Source: Tricharina praecox (Eukaryota). From it: a stretch of 64,000 nucleotides of DNA. Shown here piece after piece: positions 11,935-24,192 of this stretch (the stretch's first letter is position 1; each line of letters begins with the position of its first letter). Made by a program: the position numbers and the translations under genes. The notes below the pieces were generated by a model. It saw only the letters and a list, made by a program, of their open reading frames with translations. It was not told where the DNA came from and searched no databases. The DNA lies in contig NW_026250418.1 of NCBI RefSeq assembly GCF_024521635.1, positions 744,001 to 808,000 of the forward strand. Reading direction: 5' to 3'.

Positions 11935-13855
11935 CTACCCCTCACGAATCCACTCAACATATCTCTCATGGCCCGACAAATGTGCCAACTCCTGGAGCCC
12001 CAGCTGTTTCAGCACCTGATCCTTTCCCCTCTTCGTATCCAACTTGAACGGGGTAGCCTCCACGATCCTCCCCGCATCGCGCATTTGCATACCCGCGCGC
12101 GCAGCCGCCTCGCGGAACTCATGTTTGCGTATGTACGCTGCCCACAGCTTGTCGTTGTCCCGGAACAGGCTTTGCTGGGCCGTGTACCGCACCACTTGCG
12201 GATCGTACCTGCCGCGCAGGGGGCGCATGGTGTCGCGGAGCAGATTCCTGGCGGCACGGGCCTCGGCGGCGTTGAGCTGCGTGTTTATTGCGCTGGCGTG
12301 GTAGTTGAGGAAGAGGCTTAGGAGTGTGGCGTGGGGGTTTTCGGAGGGGAGTTTTAGTAGTGGGCCGAGGAGGGAAAGTGTGTCCGGGAGCCCAACCCAG
12401 CAGAGGTCGGTGATGTTCGAGACGTCGATGCGGTCGAAGCGCGTGAGGCCGTGCTTTTTGCGAGAATCAGCGAGGGCGGGTGGGAGCTTGCGCGCATCGA
12501 CGGTGAGGAGCGTGAAGTTGATGGTGCCCTGCTGCAGCCGCGTCGAGAAGGTCGTGAAGTGATCCAGCAGGTGGAAGAATAGCGCTCCGTACGTGTCGTT
12601 CTTCGGAACATCGTGGGCGGCGCCGGTGGCGAGGACAGAGGGGACGTCCCAGCTGCTCAGGGGTTCCATGCAGTCGTTGAGGAGCCAGCCGCTGCCGTGG
12701 ATGTCATGGAGAGTTCTGATCAGCTCCGTTAGTTGGAGTTCGTCAGTAGATCAGGAAGCGACAGACATATTGGTCTCCGTAAACTTGCTCTTATCCGCCC
12801 CAAAGGGGAGTAACAAGCCATCCGTACGAGCCCGCATCATCGGCAATCTCGAATGCGGAGGAATAACAACAAGATGTCTCTCACGGTTATCAAGCCGATC
12901 CGAACTCATCATGACAGCATTCCTGCTCCTCTCAGCCTCCTCTGGTCCCAGCCGAAACTCCAAGATACCGAACAACTCGCTCCAGTACGACCTCGGCATC
13001 ACGGCATGCAGCTTCGATTTTTTGCCCAACGTGAGCGTCGTAGAGAGCAGCACTGTTCCCGCAGCCCCGGGCGCTTTAGACATGTGTGTTTTGATTTTCT
13101 GGAGCTGCTCGGAAAAGCAGTGAAGCAGTGATTCGAGGGCCACGGCTGGCAGCTTGGCGGAATACCAGAGGTGGATTGCCATCTCTGCCGACTCGGCGGG
13201 GGAGAAGGCCGCGAACGTGAGTAGCAACAGGAGATTCCGCAGCGTGATGTGCATGTCGCGGTCGTTGATCACAACATTGATCGGCTTCGGGTAGGCCTCG
13301 GGCAGGCTGTTGATGGTGACGATGACGTTCCTGAGATCTCCAGACGCTGCATCCGTCAGTGAAGCACTCGCACCACCACCACCAAACCAGCCGCTGCTTG
13401 CTCACCAGCGAACATTAGATCCAAGGGCTTCCCCCACTGCGTCCCCTCGTTCTTCTCGAGCTTTACATGATCGAAAGCCGGCGTATTGCCCCAAAGGTAT
13501 TTGTTCAACCCGCATGTTTCATGTATCGATTCATTCTCACCCACGATAAACGTGGGCGTACGACCGCTAGTAAACCATTCAGGATCCCAGGAATCCTTGT
13601 GGAGCTTCGACTTGCAGTCGGGCTTGTGGGTTGGCCAGTGCGCGGTTTGGCAGGGCTTGCCACAGTACTGTTGGAAACAGTCAGCACCGGATAATGTTTC
13701 TGCGAGGGGGTTGTGCCAATGAGGGGGGCATGGAATACCTTTACGAGCTGACATCCCCCGCAGGCACTCTTTGCGCGGTTGCTGCAGGAAGCAGTGTTGG
13801 CGCACAGCAGGGCGACGCTGGGTCCGGGGAGATCCAGAGGAGTTGGTGAGGCCAT
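11935..13855 (-). CDS. MYND-type zinc finger protein with DUF4470-like domain
   Basis: CANTASC..ACGGCQLVK|YCGKPCQTAHWPTHKPDC (MYND), YLWGNTPAFD, LMFA|ASGDLRNVIVT, INDRDMHITLRNLLLL, HLWYSA, FDRIDVSNITD, NPHATLLSLFLN; three introns. Confidence 0.85.
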
Positions 13856-15494
13856 GGCGGGTAGATTTGTGTAGTATGTAGATACTGGGACGACGGTTGG
13901 AGATTGGGTGTGTACTTATAGCAGGCAGGTTACTTTACCCCTCTCGGTGGTAGTGATTGCTTCCGCATTCCGCAGCCTTTGTTGACCAATAAGCAGTGAT
14001 TGGATAGTTGCAGCATACTGCACTCCCAATGTGTAGTATCCAGCAGATTTTCTTTGTACGGGAAGCGGTGGCGTAGACGCGCATACAGCTCCCAGCCGGG
14101 AGCTGGACCGCAGTTATGTATAGTACATTCTCCGCAGCGACGTTCCGCAGCTGGAGGCGCCGGCCCACTGCATCATGCCAGAAGTGAAACATCCGCTGGC
14201 AGTGACTAGCGGCTTGCAGTGTTGCACAAACGATCTACCCGCATGACGGTCCGCTCCAATTGGAGATCGATGTTTGTTTTTCGGACCGGCGAAGGGCGGC
14301 GGTGTCGAGAACGGAAGGTGAGAAGACCCTGAGGGCACTAGCGTTGGGCGAGTGCGAGAGGCAGTAATCGAGATGTGTATGTAGAGGTGTGGATGGCTTG
14401 GGAGGAAATGGAGGCCGGAATTAATGTGAGGTCAAGTTGTAAGGCTGCGCGTGGCGGGTCAAATGTAGAACTGGAGACGGGTGACCGATGCTGACTACCA
14501 TATCGAATGATAGCAGCATGTAAAGATGAGGTACGGTAAGAGGAATAATATAAGTACTGAGTTGGGAATGGAGATTGATACAATACAGATCAAGCAACAG
14601 GGAATAGTTAGCAGAAACAACCACCAAAAGACGTATTCCGTTTCCAATGACCCCATGTAGCAATCAGCTCGCCGTATCGAATTCGCCCGTCTCGTCCAAT
14701 CGATCGAATTCAACAGTCCCATGGCCATTTGAACGGTAAGCCGAAGGACGAAGGCCGTGACCTGGGGTGGCCGTCGAGGGCCAATTCTATGGGCCGATAT
14801 GTTAAGTGAGTGAAGGAAGGTAGATGTGACAGTGTGGTTGCTATCATTGCCCTCACGACAGTGAATGGATTGTTGTAGGTAGACGGCCACTCTGCTGCAA
14901 TCATAGATAATCACCCGCATCTAGCCCCATGTGCAATTTTGTCAACTGAGAATTGTTAAGCTAGATATAGAAGCTGAACGCCTCCGGTGAGGGGTTGCAC
15001 CAGGCATAGATGCAAGCAATAGTCATGAAACTACTGCCCAGTAGTCAGTAACTTACCGTACTCCATTGAGCTCCGGGCATAGTTACAGCGGTCGTTGGAA
15101 GAGAGCTGAAGCCTGGAGAAGGTGGGCTTGCTTGTGTAGTTGGATTTGGAAAGACTGGGTGAAAAGAGGACAATGAAGGGTACTGTACGATGGAGAGTAG
15201 AGGGTATAGGAATTGTGAGGGCAAGGCGGAAGGAGGTAGGGGATGGGCTAGGGAAGCTAAGTAAATGATACGGTGAGTCCGGTGGTGGAGCGGGGTTTGA
15301 AGTGCAGCACGCGAAGTGAAGATGAAGATATATGAACTCCTACAAATTTTATACATAAACTCATGTCAGCCATAACATACACACACCATAACATCATACC
15401 AAATCCATAACATCATACCAAATCCATAACATCATCGATCACGCCGCAACCATAACTCCAAGCTCCATCTTACAGCAAAATAACCCTCACAATC

Positions 15495-16584
15495 TCACAC
15501 AGGACTCTGTTCGACCTTGCACTTCTCGCCGCTACTCGATCCTCCCGTGGTAAGATGCAACTGCCCGAAATCCTCCGTCTCCGTCTCCCCCTCCTCCTCC
15601 TCGGGTGGACCTCCCTGCATCCCCGGCTCAACGATCGGATCCTCATCACGGTACCACTTATACACCAGGGAGATGAAATCAAACACCGGGCCGAGCAGGG
15701 TCGCAATGGCGAGCATCTGGCCAAAGGTCCAATCGGCCTCCCCGGCGGTGACCTTCGACTTGGACTTCGTGATAATGCTCTCGATCCAGACGACAAAGTA
15801 CGCCCAGAACGCAAAGATGAGGAGCATGAGCGCCCTATCGATGCCAGTCTTGAACGCCTGCCGCTTCTCCCACAAATTCTTTGTGCATTTAGCGCGGGGG
15901 AAGGCGACGTATAGGAGCGTGAGCACGCTGAACACCATGAGCGTGATCGTGACGCCCATGAGCCCGCCGCGATCGATCCCGCGGCCGTTATACTGCGCGG
16001 TGGCTGCCCAGACCTCGGCATTGCACGCGCCGCCGAACGTATCCGCGTTCAGCACGAAGTAGAGCATCCACCCTTCGCAGGCGAGGCTCGCGATGACATA
16101 CAGGGCCATCGTGGCGCGCTCGCTCGGGTTGCGCAGACAGCCGAAGAAGAACGGGACGAAGATCAGGAGGATGTAGAACATGAGGCAGATTGCGTGGAAC
16201 AGCGAGAGCTGCTGCAGCCCGGACTGCACGATCGCTGTCATCACCATCGTTATCCCCGATATTCCCAGCGTGTTGCGGAATGAGTCGTGCAAAGCTTTGT
16301 AGTCGTCTCGCAAACGGTTCTTGCCGATCAGCCGCTTGAACAGCCGTGTGCGCATCCATGTCTGAAGCTGCTCGTCGCCGAGCATGTCGAGGAGGATCGC
16401 GAAAAGTGTCATCACGTATACTGAGATTCGAACCTATTCACCAAAACAGTACATCATCAGCATTTTTTTATTTCCTCTCTCTCTCTCTCTCTCTCTCTGC
16501 AAAGAAGGGGAGAAGGAAGGAACAAACCCCGATACCGGACACGTCCGGATTGCTGGTAATAACGCAAGGCTGTGTCGTCGACAT
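15495..16584 (-). CDS. Uncharacterised fungal multi-pass membrane protein (NPDxxGIGVR..WTFGQ type)
   Basis: Exon 1 16584-16528 (MSTTQPCVITSNPDVSGIG), intron 16434-16527, then VRISVYVMTL..; several hydrophobic segments and a WTFGQMLAIATLLGP motif; acidic C-terminal tail. Confidence 0.8.
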
Positions 16585-18259
16585 TTCGAATATGTATATA
16601 GGATATTGGATGTGGATTTCTTTCGCTCGGTCGAACTGGCGGCCTTTGTGTGATAATATACCCCTCCAGTGTCTCGCTCGCGTGTATGTCGTGGTGCGCT
16701 GGTTGGCTGGCAGCCAGGCCGGCTCCGCGTCAACAAAACCTCGCATTGGTCCGTTGGTTGACATGCAGCCCACTACCGTACTCTAGTTGTCTAACTAACC
16801 AGAGACAATTTTTGGTGGCTGGTACTCCTCATCTACATACTCTACGCGATTCTGATATGATAACTATCGCGGTGTGCGGGGCAAGAGAAATCTTCCAGCT
16901 GAAGGGTCTCGGATGAACGCCAGCTTTGGGAAGGCACGCCGTGATGGGGTCTCAGATCTGCATATAATTCGCTGTGCTTCTGAGATACTGTACACACCTA
17001 CATGGAGATACAGATGCCGATACGTTGGATTAAGGCTGTCGTTTGGACGTGCAGGGTGGGTAGGTGGGTAGGTGGGTGGCGATCGCATGATCGGCTCAAG
17101 GCAAGAGGGTGAGTGGACGACGACGAATCGACGCAGACATCCAAATTTCATCCGGCTTGTGTTATGGGGAGAGGGAGAGGGAGAGGTCGGCCCTGTGTGG
17201 GCGTCCCGGAGTCCGCCGATACGATACGGAACGCATGACGGCTGCTTTTCGCCGATCATGTGTTGTCACTCTGATCTTCAGTCCGAGCTCAAAGTGGTGT
17301 CGAAGAACTCTCGCGATTGGTGTAGGTATTTCTCCTTGGTACCAGGTGAGCTCTAGTTAGAGTACATCGTGCCGGTGCCCAGGCGGAGGGCGGGTGAAGT
17401 AGGTCATAGCTTGCTGCATCGAGCCAGTCATCTAGACTGTAGACAGGATGCCGTACGGAACCGGGACAGTGCGCTTCGCAATGGTCCCGATAGGCTCACG
17501 CGAATACCGGTAATGAAGAAGCGGCAAAAAGAACTTCCCGCGATCAAAATTTATTCTCACATAGCAGCCAAGTTCGCAGAAGAGCTCTCATTTTCAATAT
17601 GGAGATCAGGAGAAAGAGAAACGCTAGGTAGAGCCACTACACAGGCGAGATCCACCACTTTGGTGGAAACAGCCTTGATGACAGGGTTTACCTCTGCATT
17701 GGGGATTCCTGAAACCGGATCATGCTTATTTGCTGGCGCTGGCGCTTGCTCGTACACACAAAGACAACAGCCACACACTCAACATGCCGCCACACCCGTA
17801 GTGCTCTAGAGGTTATCCGAGCCGAGTCGGTGACGTAGAATGCTCGCACGCAGACAGCTGTCGTCCTAACTGCGTCCCGAGTTCTCTGCAAAGCGTCATC
17901 GAGCTCATCGAGCTCAACAAGCCCCGACGCAGAAGACAGGTACACATTGAAGTAATTATTTTCTTACCCAGGGGACTTTCTTAATCTCCATGTAAAAGAG
18001 GCAAGTCGCAACAGATTCGAAACCGTTCATTCTATGTATATCGGGACGAGCATGAGCTAGGTTATTACATGTTGGCATCCATCGTGGCTTAGATGTGGCC
18101 GCTGACGACGCCTCGTTATGACCTTGGCCGACATGAACAAGCAAGCAAGATATATTTCCATCCAGCTTCCCTCCCTCCATCTCCACCCCGTCACATACAC
18201 ACACTTTACACCACAACCGCACTCCACCACCACCTCCTAATAACCACACGAACGAAACC

Positions 18260-18499
18260 ATGTGCACCCCTTCCAGCACCGCCGCCTCGACCGCGCTCGT
18301 CAACCACAACGGAGAGAAGACACCGCTCACGGGCGCCACGAGCGTACTCGTTGGAAAGCCGCCGACGGCGGGCTGCTGGTGCGGCGACGATTGCAGCTGC
18401 TGCGTGTAACTACTCCCTCTCCGCACTCCTTCCATTCAACTCGAAGACATGTGCTGACTGCGACTTGCGCGCTGTAGGATTCCTTGTACCATCATGTAG
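18260..18499 (+). CDS. 55-aa cysteine-rich microprotein ending in a CaaX box (CTIM)
   Basis: ATG in ACCATG context at 18260; exon 1 18260-18405; 72-nt intron 18406-18477 (GTAACT..GCTGAC..TAG); exon 2 18478-18499. Product MCTPSSTAASTALVNHNGEKTPLTGATSVLVGKPPTAGCWCGDDCSCCVIPCTIM*. TATA-like GATATATT lies about 110 nt upstream, followed by a C/A-rich leader. Confidence 0.72.
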
Positions 18500-19595
18500 C
18501 CGCGAATCGGAAGATTGGCTGAGGATGGAGGATGGTGAATCGGATGATTTGTCTTGTGATTTCTGGCCGGAGTTTTGTCATTTGATTTACTGTACAATGA
18601 ATGGAGCAAGCGAGGTTTCTGTCTGTTTGATGCGATCCGGTGACGGTGTGAAATATGATGCGCGTTGTGCTCTGTGGACTACACATGGAATTCCTCTAGA
18701 AACGGGACGTGAACTTTCGCTGTAGACACCACATCCGTGACGGAAGTTGGACCCGCCCGTGATGATGATGCATATGGTTGGAGCAGCGATTCGCGCTGGC
18801 TCGCTATGTGGCGCTACTTCTGGCGGCGGTGAGGGGCCGTCCGCCTCGGTCGCACGGGACCGAATCGACAGGTGAACATCTCTAAAGCTTCCTCATTGAC
18901 ACTTCTGTTTCCTGCAGCTGCCGTGTCCGGCCCGCCTTGTCCGCCCCATACGCCACAGCGCCACACCAGTGATGACGCCACAGTGACGCCTCTCCAATTA
19001 CTTTCCGGCCTTCGCTCTCCAGGGTTAGCCAGCCTGCGGCCTGCGGCGGTCGAAGCTCGCGCACGGGAGCTCCGAGCTCCATCCTCGTGACGGATCTGAG
19101 TCCGCACGAAGACACCAGTAGTGTAGAATAGCTACCATAGAAGAACCCGTGAATGCCCTCCAGAGTCCACACGCTTGTTTTTCAAAGCCCATACTGCACT
19201 TTGCCCGTCGGCAGTTGTGTGTAAAGCCTGTCCTCCGTTCCACCCCTCACGCCTCTTGATCTCTCCTGCCAAGGGATACTACATCCGTTACTCTACACGT
19301 CATCCATCCATCTCAACCCACGTTTCGGTGCGTCCAGAGAGTGCATGCAAGCAGAAAGAAGCGGCAGACTGACTGACACAGACAGAACCCACGACCAGCC
19401 CTCCCTCTTTCCTTCTGTCGGCCACTTCGTTTCCCATTTCCAACAGAGTCCATCGCGAGCGACGCCGACCGACCGACCGACCGACTGACCGATCTCCTTG
19501 TACCCCTTCAACTCGCGCACTCGTTCGAAAGACCTCCTCACACGCGCGTCGGCTACCCCAACCACCTCCAGCTGCTGTACGGGCGATCTCCCGCG

Positions 19596-22500
19596 ATGTC
19601 GCCGAAGCGCCCCCCAGCGCGCTTTCGGAATCCGTTCTTTTCGATATCATCATCACTACTACTGCTGTTCTGCTTTGCGCTCGCGATAACGAGTGTCGCT
19701 GCGACGAAGCCGCCCGAAAACGACGATGGTTCGGTTACAAAGACTCACAAGGCGGGATACTGCGCAATGCGGGGACAGGTACGGACAATCTCCACCGCAA
19801 ACAACGAACTACAGCGACAATCACGTGTGCGAGCAGTTCAGCTAACTATTTGTTTCGTTTGCACTTGCAGGAGAAGAAATCCTTCTTTGGAGGACAGCTC
19901 CCGGTCTCGTACAACGGTCCTGCGGAGCCGCCGACGGCAGCGGTGAGGCAACAGCTGGTGGATCTGTGTGGAGCCAAGTGGAGCGAAGGAAACGTCTGTT
20001 GTGACGGCGATCAGGTAACGTTTCACGCCCATAGGTGATTTTGCGACACCGATCGACTGACCAATCTCACCACAGATTTCGAACCTCGGGTCGAACCTCA
20101 GGCGTGCCGAAGCTCTGATCGCCTCTTGCCCCGCCTGCAAGGTCAACTTCTTCGATCTGTTCTGCACGTTCACCTGCTCGCCCGACCAGTCGCTGTTCTT
20201 GAACATCACGGAAACGGATACCGCGAGCTCCGGGAAGAAGCTGGTGTCGGAGATCGACTACTTCGTCTCGCCGACGTTTGGCGAGGGCTTTTACGACTCG
20301 TGCAAGGACCTCAAGTTCTCGGCGACCAATGGCAACGTGATGGATCTGATTGGCGGCGGCGCAAAGAACTGGGGCGACTTCCTCAAGTTTTTGGGAAAGA
20401 AGAATCCGCCTTTTGGATCACCGTTTCAGATCAACTTCCCGCCGAAGAATGAGACTGGTAGGGACATGAAGGTCATGCATAATGTTCCGAAGAAGTGCAA
20501 CGATGAGGATGTTGCCTACCGCTGCGCCTGCATGGACTGTCCCGCCGTCTGTCCCATCCTACCAGATGTCGACGAGATCAAGGTGTGCAAGGTTGGCGCG
20601 CTTCCGTGCTGGAGCTTCGCGGTTATCATCATCTACTGTGTCGGCTTGATGCTCCTTGGAGTCTACTTGGCCTTCACTGAGGGTGTCCGGTACCGCAACA
20701 GGAGGAGAGAAAACCAGAGGCTGTTGCGAGATTCGGATCCCGAGCTCAGCGATGACGACGATGAAGGCGGAGTGTCTGGTGCCGGCTTGTCGCCGGAACG
20801 CTACCGCAGGAGATATGCCCTTGATGTGTACCTGGAGTCGATATTCTCGCGCATTGGAGGCTGCAGCGCGAAATTCCCTGCCGCGACCATCGGCATCTCG
20901 ATCCTCATTGTCGGTTTGCTCAGCTTGGGCTGGCTCAACTTTAGCGTGGAGACGGACCCAGTGCGTCTCTGGGTAAGCCCGAGCTCGGATGCCGCGAAGG
21001 AGAAACAGTTTTTTGACGACAATTTTGGACCGTTTTTCCGAACGCAACAAGCGTTCTTGATCAACGATACGACGGAGGCTGGATCTTCGCCTGTTCTGAG
21101 TTATGAGACTCTAGGCTGGTGGTTCGATGTGGAGCAGAGAGTGCGGCGGCTCAAGAGTCTGGAGCATGGCGTCACCCTGGAGGATGTCTGTCTCAATCCG
21201 ACCGGCGAGGCGTGCGTCGTCCAGAGTGTTACGGCGTACTTCCACGGCAACTTTTGGGAGCTGAAGCAGAGTACCTGGAAGGAGCAGATTCGCATGTGCG
21301 CGGAACAGCCCGGCCAGTGTCTTCCCGACTTCGGCCAGCCGGTGAAGAAGCAGCTCGTTTTTGGCGGTTATGAGAAGAGCGGCGATGTGGTCGACTCCGC
21401 CGCGTTGATGACTACGTGGGTGCTGGGAAATCATGCGGAAGGCAGTGAGGCTGTCATACGCAGCATGGATTGGGAGCAGAGCTTGAAGAATACGCTTCTT
21501 GCCGTCAAGGAGGAGGCCAGAGAGCGCGGATTGAGGCTGAGCTTTTCGACCGAGATCAGCTTGGAGGAGGAGCTCAATAAGAGCACCAACACCGACGCCA
21601 AGATTGTCGTCATCAGCTACATCGCCATGTTCTTCTACGCCAGTATCGCGCTCGGGAGCACGACGTTGGCACTAAAGAACATGCTGCGCCAGCCGGCGAA
21701 GACATTCGTCGACAGCAAGTTCACGCTCGGTGTGTTTGGCATCATCATCGTGCTGATGAGTGTTTCGGCGTCCGTTGGTCTCTTCTCGGCGATGGGCGTC
21801 AAGGTCACTCTGATCATTGCCGAAGTCATTCCGTTCTTGGTGTTGGCTGTCGGTGTCGATAACATATTTCTGATCGTGCACGAGTTCGAGAGGGCTGATG
21901 CCGAGCATCCTGATGACGAGATCGAGGAAAATATCCGGCGCGCCATGGGACGGATGGGTCCCAGCATCCTGCTCTCTGCAACTTGTGAGACTTTGGCGTT
22001 CGCCCTGGGTGCTGTCGTCACTATGCCGGCGGTCCGGAACTTTGCCATCTACGCTGCGGGAGCGGTTTTCATCAATGCGATCCTGCAGATCACCATGTTC
22101 GTTTCCGTTCTCGCTTTGAACAAGAAGAGGGTGGACTCCAACAGGATCGACTGTTTCCCTTGCTTGAAGGCACCCAACTACGACGCAAATTGCGAGGAAC
22201 ACGAGGGAGGCCTCGTCGGTGAGGTTGAAGAAGGTCTCATTCAGAAGGTTATCCGCAAGAACTATGCCCCTGCTCTCCTCCAGAAACATACCAAGGTTGC
22301 GGTCGTCGCCGTGTTTTTTGGAATTTTCGCTGCGGCTTTGGCACTCCTTCCTTCGGTGGAGCTTGGACTCGACCAGAGAATCGCGATTCCCCGCGGATCA
22401 TACCTCATCGAGTACTTTGATGATCTGTACGATTACTTTGCGGTCGGCCCTCCAGTGTACTTTGTGACCAAGGAGTTTAACGTCACGGATCGCGAAATAC

Positions 22501-23801
22501 AGCAAGAACTTTGTGGCAGGTTTTCGACTTGCAGCTCGTTGTCGCTGTCCAATATCATCGAGCAGGAACGCAAGCGGCCAGAGGTCTCGTACATCTCTGA
22601 GCCTGCCGCAAGCTGGATCGACGACTTCATGCTCTGGCTCAACCCTTCGCTCGAGGGATGCTGCCGCGTCAAGAAGGATGATGGCAGCGAGTTGTGTGGT
22701 CCCTACGACTTTCAGTGCAAAGTGTGCTTTGAGGACAGAAATCCAGGCTGGAACATCACACTCGATGGGATGCCGCAAGGACAAGAGTTCATGGACTACC
22801 TCAAGATGTGGGTCGATGCACCGACCGGCGAAGAATGCCCTCTTGCCGGTAAAGCGGCCTACTCGACTGCTATAGTCCCCGACTACGAAAAGACCACCAT
22901 CTCCGCGAGTCACTTCAGAACGTCGCATAAGCCGCTCACCAGCCAGGCTGATTTCATCGCCGCCTACGCTGCCGCCCGCCGGATCGCAAAGGAAGTCTCG
23001 CGAACCGCAGGAACCGAGATCTTCCCGTACTCCAAGTTCTACATCTTCTTCGACCAGTACTCGACCATTGTCCGGCTCACAGCGGGCCTCATTATTGCGG
23101 CTCTCACGGTAATCTTTGTGGTCTCGGCAACGCTGCTGGGGAGCATCAAAACCGGCGCCGTGGTCACCGCAACCGTTGGCATGATTGTCGTGGATATCAT
23201 GGGTGTCATGGCTCTGTGGGGCATCAGCCTCAACGCTGTCTCGCTAGTCAACCTCGTTATCTGCGTTGGCATCGGTGTCGAGTTCTGCGCTCACATCGCG
23301 CGCGCATTCATGTTCCCCGCCGCATCGGTGGTGGAACGCGCAAGAGTCAAGTTCCGCGGTAGAGACGCAAGAGCGTGGAGTGCGCTCGTGAACGTCGGCG
23401 GCTCGGTATGCTCCCCCCGCATTCCATCATCCATTCTCATGGCTAACCAATAACCATAGGTCTTCTCGGGCATCACAATCACCAAGCTGATCGGCGTCAG
23501 CGTCCTCGCGTTCACGCGCAGCAAGATCTTTGAAGTATACTACTTCCGCATCTGGCTTGCGCTCGTTGTCGTCGCTGCAACGCACGCGCTCATTTTCCTG
23601 CCCGTGGCCCTGAGCTACTGCGGTGGCGAGGGCTGGCTCCCTGTCGATGGCGAGGGCGGCCTTGAGAGCGATCTCCTGTATCGTCGCCTCCCGCCCGGCG
23701 TCGAGGAGGAGTTCTTTAGCTCCGATGAGGAGGAGGAGGAGGTTAGGGCTGGAAGGACACAGGCGGTGGCGAAGAATAATGGACAGGGAAACGGGCGATA
23801 A
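19596..23801 (+). CDS. NCR1: Niemann-Pick C1-like sterol transporter
   Basis: [55 protein letters not shown], sterol-sensing domain [62 protein letters not shown]; three introns. Confidence 0.96.
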
Positions 23802-23929
23802 GGGGCAGGGAAGTTGTCTGACGTCTAGATAACCAAACTACCTACTACTGCTATGCTATGATGGGTTATTATTCACTATGAGACGATGATTGTTTGTTGG
23901 AGGCTGAATGGGTTTGAAATGACATGACT

Positions 23930-23989
23930 AGATTGGATTGGATTGACCGGATTGGATTGGTTTGGATTGGTTTGGATTGGTTTGGATGG
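23930..23989. repeat. Pentanucleotide microsatellite (GATTG/GTTTG)n
   Basis: About 12 imperfect units directly visible downstream of NCR1. Confidence 0.85.
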
Positions 23990-24130
23990 TTGTTGCGTTT
24001 GCATTTGCATGGAGGTGTGGAGGTTTGGAGGTGGAGGTGTGGAGTTTGGAGGGGCGACGAATGAAGATTTTACATTGCGCTTGAAGATTTGTGTGATATC
24101 CGCGTTCTGGATCGCTGTTGGTGAGTCGGA

Positions 24131-24192
24131 TGTGAGCTGTCGGGTGTGAGCTGTCGGGTGTGAGATGTCGCGTGTGAGATGTCGCGTGTGAG
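24131..24192. repeat. 14-bp tandem repeat TGTGAG(C/A)TGTCG(G/C)G, about 4.5 copies
   Basis: tgtgagctgtcggg x2 then tgtgagatgtcgcg x2 plus a partial copy. Confidence 0.85.

Noticed and set aside
14421..15140. Possible small spliced gene on the minus strand (MPGAQWST then GTAAGT)
   Set aside because: A good donor exists, but I could not assemble a coherent ORF or recognise a family.
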